From Planctomycetota bacterium (GTDB taxonomy: Bacteria; Planctomycetota; SZUA-567; H5-PLA8), in the NCBI GenBank assembly GCA_045863855.1, contig BTVV01000046.1, positions 1 to 43,155 on the forward strand: a stretch of DNA of 43,155 bases, read 5' to 3'. The translations under genes and the position numbers were made by a program. The notes beneath the pieces are model-generated. The model searched no databases. It had not been told where the DNA came from and saw only the letters and a list, made by a program, of their open reading frames with translations. Positions within the stretch are counted from its first letter, which is position 1; every line of letters starts with the position of its first letter. Positions 16,608-25,949 of this stretch are shown piece after piece.

Positions 16608-17012
16608 ATGATCGAAGGCCATGAGGTAGGGGTGAAGTGGTCGCGCGAGGATTCGTGCTGGATCGCCGAAGCGATCGACCTGCCGTTCGTTGCGGCACAC
16701 GGGGAATCGCTCGACGAGGCGATCCGCCAGCTCGAGATCTGTATCCAGGCTGTCGCGGAGGAACGCAACCGGGAAGCGTTTAGACGCAACGTGGATCGAC
16801 TTTTCGACCGCCACCCGTGGAAATACGCGATCTTCCACGAAGCACGCCTGGCCGGCATCGCGCCGGATCGAGCGACCGCGCTGCGGTACGCGCGCACGAA
16901 GCCTGGGGCGCTGGCCCGGCAGATCGTCCGCGCGAGCATGACGCACCGCGGCCGGCCGTGCTTCACGATGGAGGACGCCGCGAAGATGGATTGCCCGTGG
17001 CCGCCGTACTAA
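16608..17012 (+). CDS. HicB-like antitoxin domain protein (no adjacent hicA seen)
   Basis: WSREDSCWIAEAIDLPFVAAHGESLDEAIRQL matches the HicB N-terminal pattern. Confidence 0.65.
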   Translation: MIEGHEVGVKWSREDSCWIAEAIDLPFVAAHGESLDEAIRQLEICIQAVAEERNREAFRRNVDRLFDRHPWKYAIFHEARLAGIAPDRATALRYARTKPGALARQIVRASMTHRGRPCFTMEDAAKMDCPWPPY

Positions 17013-17252
17013 GCCCGCTTATTTAATTCGAATCCACGATTCGCGAATTGCGAACACCTAACTACTTGCCGGGCTACGGATTGTTTATTTGACTGGATCC
17101 CCGAATCGGGCCAGCAATCGGGCCATTGTGGCCCGTAAGCCGCAATCGCCCCGGCGCCCGAGTCGCTTCGAAACATCGGCACTTATCACGAACTACCGAC
17201 GTTCCGGATTCAAAATCCGCTGCTTTCCTATGGGCGCCGCCTCGCCGCAACA

Positions 17253-17295
17253 CCGGCACACGAACCGGCACAAATTCCGGCACAAATCCGGCGCA
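17253..17295. repeat. Four CCGGC(A/G)CA direct repeats (integrase arm-site-like) of the left element
   Basis: Copies at 17253, 17265, 17277 and 17288, ending ~35 bp from the tRNA 3' end. Confidence 0.6.
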
Positions 17296-17328
17296 CGATA
17301 TATAAGTCCTTGGCGTTAGAAGCTTTTA

Positions 17329-17405
17329 TGGCGTCCCCAGGAGGACTCGAACCTCCAACCTGCGGATTAGAAATCCGCTGCTCTGTCCGGTTGAGCTATG
17401 GGGAC
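17329..17405 (-). tRNA. tRNA-Arg(TCT), CCA encoded
   Basis: GTCCCCA-TA-GCTCAACCGGACAGAGC-A-GCGGA[TTTCTAA]TCCGC-AGGTT-GGAGG[TTCGAGT]CCTCC-TGGGGAC-GCCA. Confidence 0.97.
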
Positions 17406-17406
17406 G
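17364..17406. repeat. att direct repeat, left copy (43 bp)
   Basis: Identical to 33939-33981. Confidence 0.95.
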
Positions 17407-17503
17407 TTACTTAAAGCCTTTATTATCAAACACTTTGCTTGTTGACTCGCTCCCGATACTATGATACAACACCGGTACAACGATACTACGGGAGACAACA
17501 CCC

Positions 17504-19087
17504 ATGCAGATCACGCCGAAGCCGAATCCAGGGCGCCCGGGCTGGCGGGTTACGTTCCGGCATCCGGTCACGAAGCGCATCGTCACGGGCGGCCTTTCCA
17601 CAAGGGACGAGTCGGCGGCAGTCACGGTCTGCCGGCACCTCTCCAGCCTATCCGATCGGCCGGAACTCTGGCAAGAACCCGAGAACCCCGTTCTCCTGGG
17701 CTTCGCCTTGCGGGCGGTGGAATTGTGGTTCGGTTCGGACTCCGCACACGCGGCTTTCGTGCGCAAGAACACCGACCCCAACCGGCCGCTGGTCAAGCCT
17801 GACGAGGCGGCGGCGCTGCGCTCTGTCGAGGACAACCGGAAGCTGCTGGCGGAAGTCGCCGCGGCGACGGGCGCGACGGTGAACGCGCCAAGCCTTGACG
17901 ACGTGTTGCAGCGCATCCCGTCCACGTTCTTTGCCGAGTATGTGGCGCTGCAAAACCGCTGCCGGGAGCAGGCGGCGCGGCTGGCCGATATTGAGCCTGA
18001 GCTTGAATCGTACCGAGTGGAGCTTGACCGCATCCGGCGCAAGGCGAACGAGCACGTCAAGGTGAGCATGGGCGCGGCGTGGGACGCCTTTACCCAAGAC
18101 GACGATTACAAAGCGCTGCACCCCAAGACGCAAGCGGACCTAGACCGCGTGGCGGCGTCTTTCATTGGATCCCTTCGCGGCGGGCGGCACTTCCGGCTTG
18201 CTGAGGTTCGGGCGGCGCATGTGGGGACGTGGCTTTCCGCGCTGCGTAGCGCCAAGCGGACCAAGGACGGGAAGGCGACCGGGGCCGCGCTGTCGGCAGT
18301 CACGAAGGCGAAACAAAAGCGGTATCTGTCCGTGTGGATGACCTTCGCGTTTAAGAAATTCGACCTGAGCGAAAACCCGATGGACAAGACGGGCAAGGTA
18401 AAGGGCGCGGCCGTGGGGCGTGAGGACATCGCGGCCTTCCGGGTGGCTGACCTCCGCGCGTTCCGCGAGATGCTCGATACGCTCGCAACTCAAGACCACT
18501 ACTGGCACGCGCTGGTTGCCACGGCGACGCTTGCCGGGCCGCGCTACTCTGAACTTGCTTGGATGAAGATTGAGCACGTGAACTTGCAGGCGAACGAGAT
18601 TGTCATAGCCACGCGGCGCGACGGGGAGACGGTGACAGGGACCAAGACGGGCCGGGAGCGGCGCTTGCCTATCGAGTCCACCGTTCTACGCGCGGCGCTG
18701 GAGGCGCATATCAAGCGGCGGCTGGCCGAACAAAAGCGCAAGGGCGCGACGGCTGCCGAGCGCTCCCCTTTCCTGTTTCCGTCCACCGTGGGCGACCATC
18801 CGGGCAAGCCGCGCACCCTGACGCCGGCGGGCATCTGGTGCGAGTCGAGTACGTTCCTGCGCGCATGGCGCGGCGTGGCGGCGCGGTGCGAGGAAGTCAC
18901 CGGCGCGCGCGACTACTGGCGCTTTGGGCCTCGTGAGTGGCGGCACTGTGCCGGTACGGCCATGGGGTATTCGGGGAACGATTCGCTCCGCATCTCCGCA
19001 TGGCTGGGCAACTCTGAGGACGTTTGCCGAAAGCACTACATCAGGACTTCGGAGAAGGGCGAGCGGTGGCCGTTTGAGTGGCGCTAA
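17504..19087 (+). CDS. int: Tyrosine recombinase / integrase
   Basis: GPRYSEL (Arg), TKTG (Lys), PREWRH, WLGNS, KHY (Tyr); adjacent to att. Confidence 0.92.
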   Translation: MQITPKPNPGRPGWRVTFRHPVTKRIVTGGLSTRDESAAVTVCRHLSSLSDRPELWQEPENPVLLGFALRAVELWFGSDSAHAAFVRKNTDPNRPLVKPDEAAALRSVEDNRKLLAEVAAATGATVNAPSLDDVLQRIPSTFFAEYVALQNRCREQAARLADIEPELESYRVELDRIRRKANEHVKVSMGAAWDAFTQDDDYKALHPKTQADLDRVAASFIGSLRGGRHFRLAEVRAAHVGTWLSALRSAKRTKDGKATGAALSAVTKAKQKRYLSVWMTFAFKKFDLSENPMDKTGKVKGAAVGREDIAAFRVADLRAFREMLDTLATQDHYWHALVATATLAGPRYSELAWMKIEHVNLQANEIVIATRRDGETVTGTKTGRERRLPIESTVLRAALEAHIKRRLAEQKRKGATAAERSPFLFPSTVGDHPGKPRTLTPAGIWCESSTFLRAWRGVAARCEEVTGARDYWRFGPREWRHCAGTAMGYSGNDSLRISAWLGNSEDVCRKHYIRTSEKGERWPFEWR

Positions 19088-19440
19088 CCCGTTGCGGAAA
19101 AATGGGTTAGGCAAGGCTGAAACAAACCGGGCGGAAAGTTCTATTTTTCGCGCGGGACGGTGGTAAAAGGTGGCTGGCTTCGTGGCTGTGAACCGCGCGA
19201 GCCGATGGAACCGAACAAGACAACCGAATATCGCCCCGAGGGATGCGTAAGCCGAAAGGCTCGCGGCCTTCACCGCCAGGTGAACGCTTCACAATCCCGA
19301 CCGGGGCGGTTGTTGTCCAAGGAAGGGGTGCGGCGGGACGGCGCTTGAGACTCTCTATCCATGGCAAGGCACGGCTTGGCAAGGGGTGGTGTCGTACTTC
19401 GTGAAGTAGAAAACCAAACCCTTGAATTAGGAGAAAAGTC

Positions 19441-19641
19441 ATGGTTACAGAGACGCGCGTTGGACCGAAGCGGTGCAATAAGGCATCGTTGGCTAAGGTT
19501 GGCGTGACGTTTGGAGAGGGCTATCCCTATCGCCTCTCGTTTCTTTGTGATGAATGCGGGAACGAGTGGTGGCCCAATCTGAAGTCTGGCGGGAAGCTGC
19601 CGCGCGGATATTGGAAGTGCCCGCGTGGTTGTAACCACTAA
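19441..19641 (+). CDS. Small Zn-ribbon protein
   Basis: CDECG...WKCPRGC; AGGAG RBS. Confidence 0.65.
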   Translation: MVTETRVGPKRCNKASLAKVGVTFGEGYPYRLSFLCDECGNEWWPNLKSGGKLPRGYWKCPRGCNH

Positions 19642-19686
19642 GTTTTAGCGTCACCCGCCGCACCTAGACTTGGAAAAGGAAGGTAC

Positions 19687-19893
19687 ATGGGAAAGCGTAA
19701 GAAGAAGTCGGAACGGCTTTTGAAAGTGCAGGAGTATTCCGCACCCCAAAAGCCGCAACTCGTGAAGGTACAGATTGAGGAAGTACCACAAAAGCCGCAA
19801 CTCGTGAGAGTACAGATTACGGAAGCACCCCAAAAGCCGCGACTTTTGAGGGTGAAAGTGCGCGCTGCGAAAGGAGGCTCTATCGGTGATTGA
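19687..19893 (+). CDS. Small basic protein with three 14-aa repeats
   Basis: (A/V)PQKP(Q/R)L x3 encoded by 42-bp tandem repeats at 19741-19866; AAGGAAGG RBS. Confidence 0.55.
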   Translation: MGKRKKKSERLLKVQEYSAPQKPQLVKVQIEEVPQKPQLVRVQITEAPQKPRLLRVKVRAAKGGSIGD

Positions 19894-20030
19894 GCAGTAA
19901 AGAAGCGGGGCCGGCCAGTGTTGGAATCACCGACCGACCCCTAACCGTTCCACGTGAAATAGGCACGCGGCCCGGCTGCCGATTGTATCGGCAGATTCGG
20001 CGCTGCCCTACACTTTGAGAGGGGCAGACC

Positions 20031-20297
20031 ATGCAGCAACCAACACCGGATGTAATCTTAGAGTCCTTGCGCCCGCTCGCGGCGCTGATTTTGGAATCGG
20101 AAACGGCGCGTGACTGGTTCGCGGGCCACCTCGCGGAAGTCGCGGGCACTTTCACCTACACCCTGCAAATGCAGGAAGTCTACCTCGATACCTTCGAGCG
20201 CTTCGCCACGGCGACCGGTCAACCTGATTTGATACAGGAGGCGGCGGATTATCGGCGCGACCACAATGAGCACCACGGGAAGGCGGTGAGCGCATGA
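20031..20297 (+). CDS. Hypothetical protein
   Basis: ORF; ATGA overlap with the next gene. Confidence 0.65.
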   Translation: MQQPTPDVILESLRPLAALILESETARDWFAGHLAEVAGTFTYTLQMQEVYLDTFERFATATGQPDLIQEAADYRRDHNEHHGKAVSA

Positions 20298-20914
20298 AGC
20301 GCCAAACGATTCCGAGTGAGCTTGAACCGCTGGCGGCGTATTTCAAGGACGACCCGGAAGGGCTGGCTTGGGGGCTGCTGCGGGCGGTGGCTGACGACAT
20401 GAACCTCGACGAAGAATGGACCGGGCATTACGTCGAGACGGCGGCGCGGATCGCGGAAGGGCTTGCGCCCGACTGCGATTCGCGCGTGTTCGCGTGGGCG
20501 CTGGAATGGGGCGGGCGGTTCGGCGACCGGACGCGGCGAAAGGAAAGGACGCTCCGCGCGGTGAAGTACATGAAGGAAAACGCGGCGCTGGACGGGTGCG
20601 CGACTTGGGGCACGGCGGCGTTGTTCGGCGCTGAAACGATGTGTGAGTTAGGCGACGGCGCGGCGGCGCTGTCCTTGTTGGGCGAGTATATCAGTTGGTG
20701 TGCAGGGAAAACCGTACCGACTTGGGAATATGGAATCACCGAAGAAAGCAGCGACACCGTGGCGCGCATCCATGCGGCGGTGAAGGCGGGCGCATCCGCG
20801 CACGACGCGGGCTTGATGTTAGAGCGCGTGACGTGCGAGCTAGAACCGGCGCTGAAGGCGGCGGAGAAGCTGAGAGATGAGGCGAACGGCCGCCGAGAGG
20901 CGGTGAGCGTATGA
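20294..20914 (+). CDS. Hypothetical protein
   Basis: ORF; ATGA overlaps on both sides. Confidence 0.7.
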   Translation: MKRQTIPSELEPLAAYFKDDPEGLAWGLLRAVADDMNLDEEWTGHYVETAARIAEGLAPDCDSRVFAWALEWGGRFGDRTRRKERTLRAVKYMKENAALDGCATWGTAALFGAETMCELGDGAAALSLLGEYISWCAGKTVPTWEYGITEESSDTVARIHAAVKAGASAHDAGLMLERVTCELEPALKAAEKLRDEANGRREAVSV

Positions 20915-21495
20915 GCACCGAGGTTGAAGAACATCGGCGCGAACAGGAACGCGCGGCGGCGCATATTGCCCGCGAGGCGCGGAAGCGCGCGAAGGCTCGC
21001 GAGGCGTTGAAGGCAGAGCGGGACGCGCTGCGGGCGGAACTGGACGCGCTGCGTGAGACGTTTCGATTGAAGCCGAAAGAGGAATTGCTTTCGGAGTTGA
21101 ACGGCAAGACGTTCGCATGGGGCGGCATCTTCGTTTCAGGTGGGCGCGAAGAACGTATCGACTTCCAGCTAAATGCGGGGCTTATCGGCTCTGAAATGGT
21201 TGCAACGATTATGGAAAAGGGTTTCGAGCATCGCGGTTTAGCGCTCTGGAACTGCGAGGGCTTTCACGAAGGCAACCGGCTTGAGCAGTTGCGGGGCTGG
21301 GCGCAGACGGCGCGCGTTGGGTTCGCGCTGTCGGAACTGCGGGCGCGCTGTTCGTTGTGCACGGCGGTTGCGCTGACGAATGCGCAGTCGGGCTATTACG
21401 CGCGGCGCGGGCCGGACATGTGTTCCGACGCGCTGAAAACCGCCTTCGCGAAGGAGTACAAGCAGCGCATGGGATGGGCAAAGGACGCCGAGTAA
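20911..21495 (+). CDS. Hypothetical protein with coiled-coil N-terminus
   Basis: ORF; ATGA overlap. Confidence 0.7.
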   Translation: MSTEVEEHRREQERAAAHIAREARKRAKAREALKAERDALRAELDALRETFRLKPKEELLSELNGKTFAWGGIFVSGGREERIDFQLNAGLIGSEMVATIMEKGFEHRGLALWNCEGFHEGNRLEQLRGWAQTARVGFALSELRARCSLCTAVALTNAQSGYYARRGPDMCSDALKTAFAKEYKQRMGWAKDAE

Positions 21496-21579
21496 TTCTC
21501 GCGCGAAAATGCGGGGAATTGGTAGGCTTGGAGCATGGGCTAGGGTAGCTCCCGAAAAGCGGCCTCCGACCGCCTGCCC

Positions 21580-22398
21580 ATGGATTCATCTTCGGAACTG
21601 CACGCGCAACGGAGGCGCGACTACATGGCGATTCAACCGGCATCTGGCAAGTGTAAGCTCTGTGGTGAGGCAACATCGCTTCTTGTTCGCCAAGTAGAAA
21701 ACGAGCCTGCCGAGTTTTACTGCGCGAAGCACAACCCGATTCCGGTTGAGGCTGCGCACGCGGTATTTAAGCAGTGGGCTGGCTTGGTGAACCGCAAGCA
21801 TGGTCAACTTGTCCGGGGTGAATTGAACGAGCTTAAGCGCCTCGCGGCTTTGCGGTGGGGTTCCTGGGAAGCGGCGCAAAGTAGGCTAATGCTGTTCGTT
21901 TGTAAGCATCACGGCTTCACGGCCGAGCAAGCGGAGCGGCTGAACGAAGCGGAACGCATCGCGGCGGCGCTCGATGCCTTGCAAGCGGGCGGTGAGGAAA
22001 AGGAAGCGCCAGCGACCGTGGAGGCGTTGAAGGCGAAGACCGCGAAAACGCCGGGGGCGAAAGCAGAAGCCGTAGAACCACCTGAGCCGCTTTTGACCGG
22101 ATACCGGGCTATATTTGCAGCGCTTGGGCGTAGTTATTCTAACGAAGCTGTTCGGCAGTTTAAGGGCGCGTGCAAGTCTGACTCCCGCTGTCCGATCGTG
22201 TTCCATCGCAACGGCGGGCCGCCCAAGGTAAAGAAGTCGGAATTGCTGGCCTGGGCAAATCAGGTGGACGCCGATTACGAAGCCATGAAGGCCAAGCAGG
22301 GCGACGCCAGCGCCACCACCGGCAGCACCTACAAGCAAGGCCGGAAGGGTGTTGCGGTCGTGAAGGACATTAGCGGAACCGTAAGGCGGAAAATCTGA
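21580..22398 (+). CDS. Hypothetical protein, possible regulator upstream of xis
   Basis: ORF with CKLC...YCAKH; position immediately before the Xis-like gene. Confidence 0.6.
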   Translation: MDSSSELHAQRRRDYMAIQPASGKCKLCGEATSLLVRQVENEPAEFYCAKHNPIPVEAAHAVFKQWAGLVNRKHGQLVRGELNELKRLAALRWGSWEAAQSRLMLFVCKHHGFTAEQAERLNEAERIAAALDALQAGGEEKEAPATVEALKAKTAKTPGAKAEAVEPPEPLLTGYRAIFAALGRSYSNEAVRQFKGACKSDSRCPIVFHRNGGPPKVKKSELLAWANQVDADYEAMKAKQGDASATTGSTYKQGRKGVAVVKDISGTVRRKI

Positions 22399-22477
22399 CC
22401 TGACAAAAGCTGACAAAACCCGCCCAAGCTGACCGGCAACCCCTGCCCTCCCCTGAGATTACAGGAGGACATGGGAT

Positions 22478-22669
22478 ATGGGCGAAAGCATTTTACTCCC
22501 TGACGAAGTTGACGCGTTGTGTAGGTGGACGCCCGGCAGGGCGGAGAAGTTGGCGCGGCGCGGTAAGATTCCGCACTTCGTACTGCCCGACGGCTCGATC
22601 CGGTTTGATCGTGCGGACGTTGCGGCTTTCATCCGGCGCGTGGACCCCGAGCAAGGGGACCGCGCGTGA
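22478..22669 (+). CDS. Excisionase/AlpA-like HTH protein
   Basis: LLPDEVDAL...LARRGKIPHFVLPDGSIRFDRADV; AGGAGG RBS; CTGAC repeats upstream (22395-22433). Confidence 0.8.
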   Translation: MGESILLPDEVDALCRWTPGRAEKLARRGKIPHFVLPDGSIRFDRADVAAFIRRVDPEQGDRA

Positions 22670-22905
22670 TTCTGAAATACACCCTCACCGCCGGCGAGAC
22701 CGTCGAGCACCTCGACGCCGACCCCTCCAACCCTACCGACCGGGCGCGCGTGCTGGCGGCGTGGCGTCGGCTGGCTGACCTGCACCCGCGCGAGCGCGTG
22801 GAGCTGATCGGGCGCCTACCGTCCGATGCGCCCAAGCACATCGCCGACGTGCTCAACCCGATCTTGGCTGAGATGAGCGCGCGGCGGGAAGGCGGTGCGG
22901 CATGA
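22666..22905 (+). CDS. Hypothetical protein
   Basis: Overlapping start and stop with neighbours. Confidence 0.6.
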   Translation: MILKYTLTAGETVEHLDADPSNPTDRARVLAAWRRLADLHPRERVELIGRLPSDAPKHIADVLNPILAEMSARREGGAA

Positions 22906-23687
22906 GCCTTTGGATTGAGTCGCACGTCACCCTTGGGCGGCACCCGAAGTTGATCAGGCTGGCGGAAGCGCTGGGCGTTTCGCGGGCCGCGGCCATGGGG
23001 CACCTGCATTACCTCTGGCACTGGTCGCTGGTCTACACCGAAGGCGGTGATTTGTCCCCGTTCCGTCACAAAGATGTGTCACACGCTGCGGAATGGGACG
23101 GTGATCCCGACGTCTTCGTAAATGCTCTCAAAGAGTCTGGTTTCATGGACTCGGACGGCAACCTGCATGACTGGAAGGACTACGCGGGCCGCATACTGGA
23201 AAGACGTGCTGCTGCAAGGGATAGGAAGCGTAGGTGGCGGGAGAAAAGCGAGCGGAACGGGGACAGAACGAGGACAGGAACGGTGACGGAACGCGCTACC
23301 TTACCTGACCTTACCTTACCAACTACAACACCACGCGCGAAAACGCGCGGACGCTCGAAAGCCAAGAACTGCACTACTGCGAAGATTCAGATACCCGAAA
23401 GCCTGAACACCGAAGCCTTCAAAGCGGCTTGGTCTGAGTGGCAACAGCACCGGCGGGAAGCGCGTAAACCGCTGACGCCTACGGCGGAGCGGCAGCAGCT
23501 TGGGAAGCTGGAAGCCTGGGGTGCTGATCGCGCGGTGGCGGCGATTCGGCAAAGCCTCGCGAACGGCTGGCAAGGGCTCTTTGAGCCTCGTTGCGAAGCC
23601 GGCGGGCAGGAACTCACCTTCGCCGAATCCGAAGCGGAAGCCGAGCGGCGAATTTCCGCGAATCTGCAAGCCAAATCGGGAGCTTGA
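22902..23687 (+). CDS. Phage-type replication initiator protein
   Basis: N-term WIESHVTLGRHPKLIRLA...GHLHYLW...HDW; C-term AWSEWQQHRREARKPLT...SLANGWQGLF; directly upstream of the helicase. Confidence 0.75.
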   Translation: MSLWIESHVTLGRHPKLIRLAEALGVSRAAAMGHLHYLWHWSLVYTEGGDLSPFRHKDVSHAAEWDGDPDVFVNALKESGFMDSDGNLHDWKDYAGRILERRAAARDRKRRWREKSERNGDRTRTGTVTERATLPDLTLPTTTPRAKTRGRSKAKNCTTAKIQIPESLNTEAFKAAWSEWQQHRREARKPLTPTAERQQLGKLEAWGADRAVAAIRQSLANGWQGLFEPRCEAGGQELTFAESEAEAERRISANLQAKSGA

Positions 23688-23689
23688 AA

Positions 23690-25012
23690 ATGCACGACAA
23701 GATACCGGCGCACGACGCGGAAGCGGAGCTTGGCCTACTGGCCGGGATGCTGGCGGCACCGGAAGCGGCGCGCGGCGCGGTCTCCAGCCTGACGCCCGAT
23801 TGCTTCTACGTGCCGGCCTACGCGAAAGCCTTTCGGCTGTTCGCCGAAATCTGGCGCGCAACCGGGACGCTCGACGGCCACCAAGTCGTGAGCGAAGCGA
23901 CTAAGCGCGGGCTCGATGTGGGGCAACTGATCGAGGCTGCGGCGCGCGGCGCGCACGCTCCGGCATTCGAGCGGCATATCCGCGTGATTCTGGAGCACGA
24001 CCGGTCGCGGCGCCTTCAAGCCGCGCTGAGTGAAGCCGAACGGGCGGCTGCGGCTGGGATCCCTGCGGCTGAAGTCGAAACAAGCCTACGCGCCAAGCTG
24101 GGGGCGATTGCGCAACCCGAAGGCTCTGACGCGCTGGCCGAATTGCACGACGATCTACAGGCGGCCGTGAACGGTGAGCGCTTCGCGGTTCCCCTGCCCT
24201 GGCCGATGCTTTCGCGCGCAACGCGGGCGCTACAACCCGGCACGGTAACGGACCTGTGCGGTTCTCCGGGCTCGACCAAGAGCTTCGCGGGAACGCAAGC
24301 CATGGCCGCGTTGCAATTGGGCGGGTATCGAACAGCCGTTTTAGAGCTTGAGGACGGGCGCGCGTACCACTTGCGCCGCGTCTTAGCTCAAGTCTCCGGT
24401 TGTTCGCGGTTGACCGATGACGACTGGTGCCGAGCGAATCCGGGCTCTGTCGCTGAAGCCATGGCGGCGCACCGTGACACCATGCAGAAACTGGAATCTT
24501 GCATAGACGTTCTTCCGGACGGCGTGAGCCCAACGCCTGACTCGCTGCTTGCGTGGGTGCAGCGCAAAGCAGACGCGGGCTTCCGCGTGCTGGTTGTCGA
24601 TCCGATCACGCTGATGATTCGAGGGCGGGCAAGCTGGGAAGCGGACGAAAAGTTTCTGTTCGGAGCGAAGCGCATTGTCGAGAAGGCGGGCGCCTCGCTG
24701 GTCCTGGTGACGCATCCGCGGCGGCTCCCGCATGGCGCGAAGAATGCGCAACTCACCATGGACGACTTGGCCGGCGGCGCGGCCTATGCCAGATTCTCGC
24801 AAACGATTCTTTACCTTCGCGCGCATGACCCACAAAGCGGGGAAGTGAAAACAGCGCTTGGGACAAGCCGCGAGACTTGGAATCGAACCTTCACGATCTT
24901 CAAGGCGCGTAATGGGCCTTTCGGTCCAGGCGGGCGCTATGCCTGCCAGTTCGATCCTGAAAGCCTGACCCTGCGTGAGCTTGGGCGCATCGTGAGCGAG
25001 GACAAGCGGTAA
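23690..25012 (+). CDS. DnaB-like replicative helicase
   Basis: DnaB N-term PAHDAEAELGLLAGML; Walker A GSPGSTKS; Walker B VLVVD; KARNGP. Confidence 0.85.
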   Translation: MHDKIPAHDAEAELGLLAGMLAAPEAARGAVSSLTPDCFYVPAYAKAFRLFAEIWRATGTLDGHQVVSEATKRGLDVGQLIEAAARGAHAPAFERHIRVILEHDRSRRLQAALSEAERAAAAGIPAAEVETSLRAKLGAIAQPEGSDALAELHDDLQAAVNGERFAVPLPWPMLSRATRALQPGTVTDLCGSPGSTKSFAGTQAMAALQLGGYRTAVLELEDGRAYHLRRVLAQVSGCSRLTDDDWCRANPGSVAEAMAAHRDTMQKLESCIDVLPDGVSPTPDSLLAWVQRKADAGFRVLVVDPITLMIRGRASWEADEKFLFGAKRIVEKAGASLVLVTHPRRLPHGAKNAQLTMDDLAGGAAYARFSQTILYLRAHDPQSGEVKTALGTSRETWNRTFTIFKARNGPFGPGGRYACQFDPESLTLRELGRIVSEDKR

Positions 25013-25072
25013 ACGTGCTTGAAACTACCCTGCCTTGTGGCGGGGAAATCCAATCGGATAGGAGTCAAAGAC

Positions 25073-25297
25073 ATGTTGATTTTCGACGGATTTAAGACGT
25101 CGGCTGGGGCCGATGCGTTCGCGCGGGCGGTTGGCGGAACGGTGTACCAGAGCCAAGACGAGTCCGACCAAGTGGACCCAATCCCCTGCGACCTGATCCC
25201 GCCGATTGTCCTTGTTGCTCGCGCTGATTCCGATGTGGCAGAGCAACGCTTAGCAAGGCGCGTCAAGCGCTACGGCGGCGAGTTTGCGGGAACCTAA
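25073..25297 (+). CDS. Hypothetical protein
   Basis: AGGAG RBS, ATG 25073. Confidence 0.6.
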   Translation: MLIFDGFKTSAGADAFARAVGGTVYQSQDESDQVDPIPCDLIPPIVLVARADSDVAEQRLARRVKRYGGEFAGT

Positions 25298-25301
25298 AGA
25301 C

Positions 25302-25505
25302 ATGGAACCAAACAAATCCTCCGGCCTGCGCTGTCCCTCGTGCGGTGCTCGCGGGTTGCGCGTGCTGAATACGCATCCCTACCCGGAACGCATCGTGCGG
25401 TATCGGGAGTGCGAAGCCTGCGGGCATCGGCTGAAATCGGTTGAGAAAATTGATTTCAAAAACATGGGTACTAATGCCCAAGCGAAAGAATCGAGCGCGA
25501 ATTGA
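25302..25505 (+). CDS. Ogr/Delta-like (NrdR-type) Zn-finger regulator
   Basis: CPSCG...RVLNT...RYRECEACGHRLKSVE. Confidence 0.7.
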   Translation: MEPNKSSGLRCPSCGARGLRVLNTHPYPERIVRYRECEACGHRLKSVEKIDFKNMGTNAQAKESSAN

Positions 25506-25570
25506 TGCGCGAATTTGTGTGGAAAATGGTACGTGATAAGTGTGCAGGTTCGGACCGGGAGGAAGAACCA

Positions 25571-25807
25571 ATGGCTATGCTTGACCTGGCGCAAGTGCTG
25601 ACGTTCGGCCAAGTCTGTGAACGGCTTGGCACGCGGGAGCACATCATCGAACACGCGGTGAGAAGCGGGAAGCTGAAGCCCTGCGGGCGCGTTGGAATCC
25701 TGCGCGTGTTCTCGCCGGAAGCGGTGGATGAGTTCGGGAAGCTGCTGGCCGAACGCGGGAAGCATGACCGGGATTCGAGCGCGTTGCTTGTCGAGGGTGA
25801 AGGCTGA
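25571..25807 (+). CDS. MerR/Xis-like HTH DNA-binding protein
   Basis: LTFGQVCERLG...IEHAVRSGKLKP..RVGILRVFS; GGAGG RBS. Confidence 0.7.
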   Translation: MAMLDLAQVLTFGQVCERLGTREHIIEHAVRSGKLKPCGRVGILRVFSPEAVDEFGKLLAERGKHDRDSSALLVEGEG

Positions 25808-25949
25808 TGCACGGCGCGTGGATTCAGAGCGAGGGCCACCCCCAGACCCATTTTTTCTCTGGTGAGGTTTGTATGCGACCGTTCGCAAAGGCTTACGCGA
25901 ACTATCGCGTTCCCAGAAAAGAGAAAAATTTTCCTGCGGGGGCTGCTCA

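Larger units (their letters stand above)
1..17328. mobile_element. Right end of a large prophage/ICE-like element abutting the 3' end of tRNA-Arg; left boundary outside the window
   Basis: Dense co-oriented small hypothetical genes, methyltransferase, element-borne tRNA, AT-rich block, and arm-site-like CCGGCACA repeats next to the tRNA 3' end. No housekeeping genes. Confidence 0.75.

Noticed and set aside
19741..19866. Possible CRISPR-like repeats
   Set aside because: Contiguous 42-bp in-frame coding repeats with no unique spacers; no cas genes in the window.
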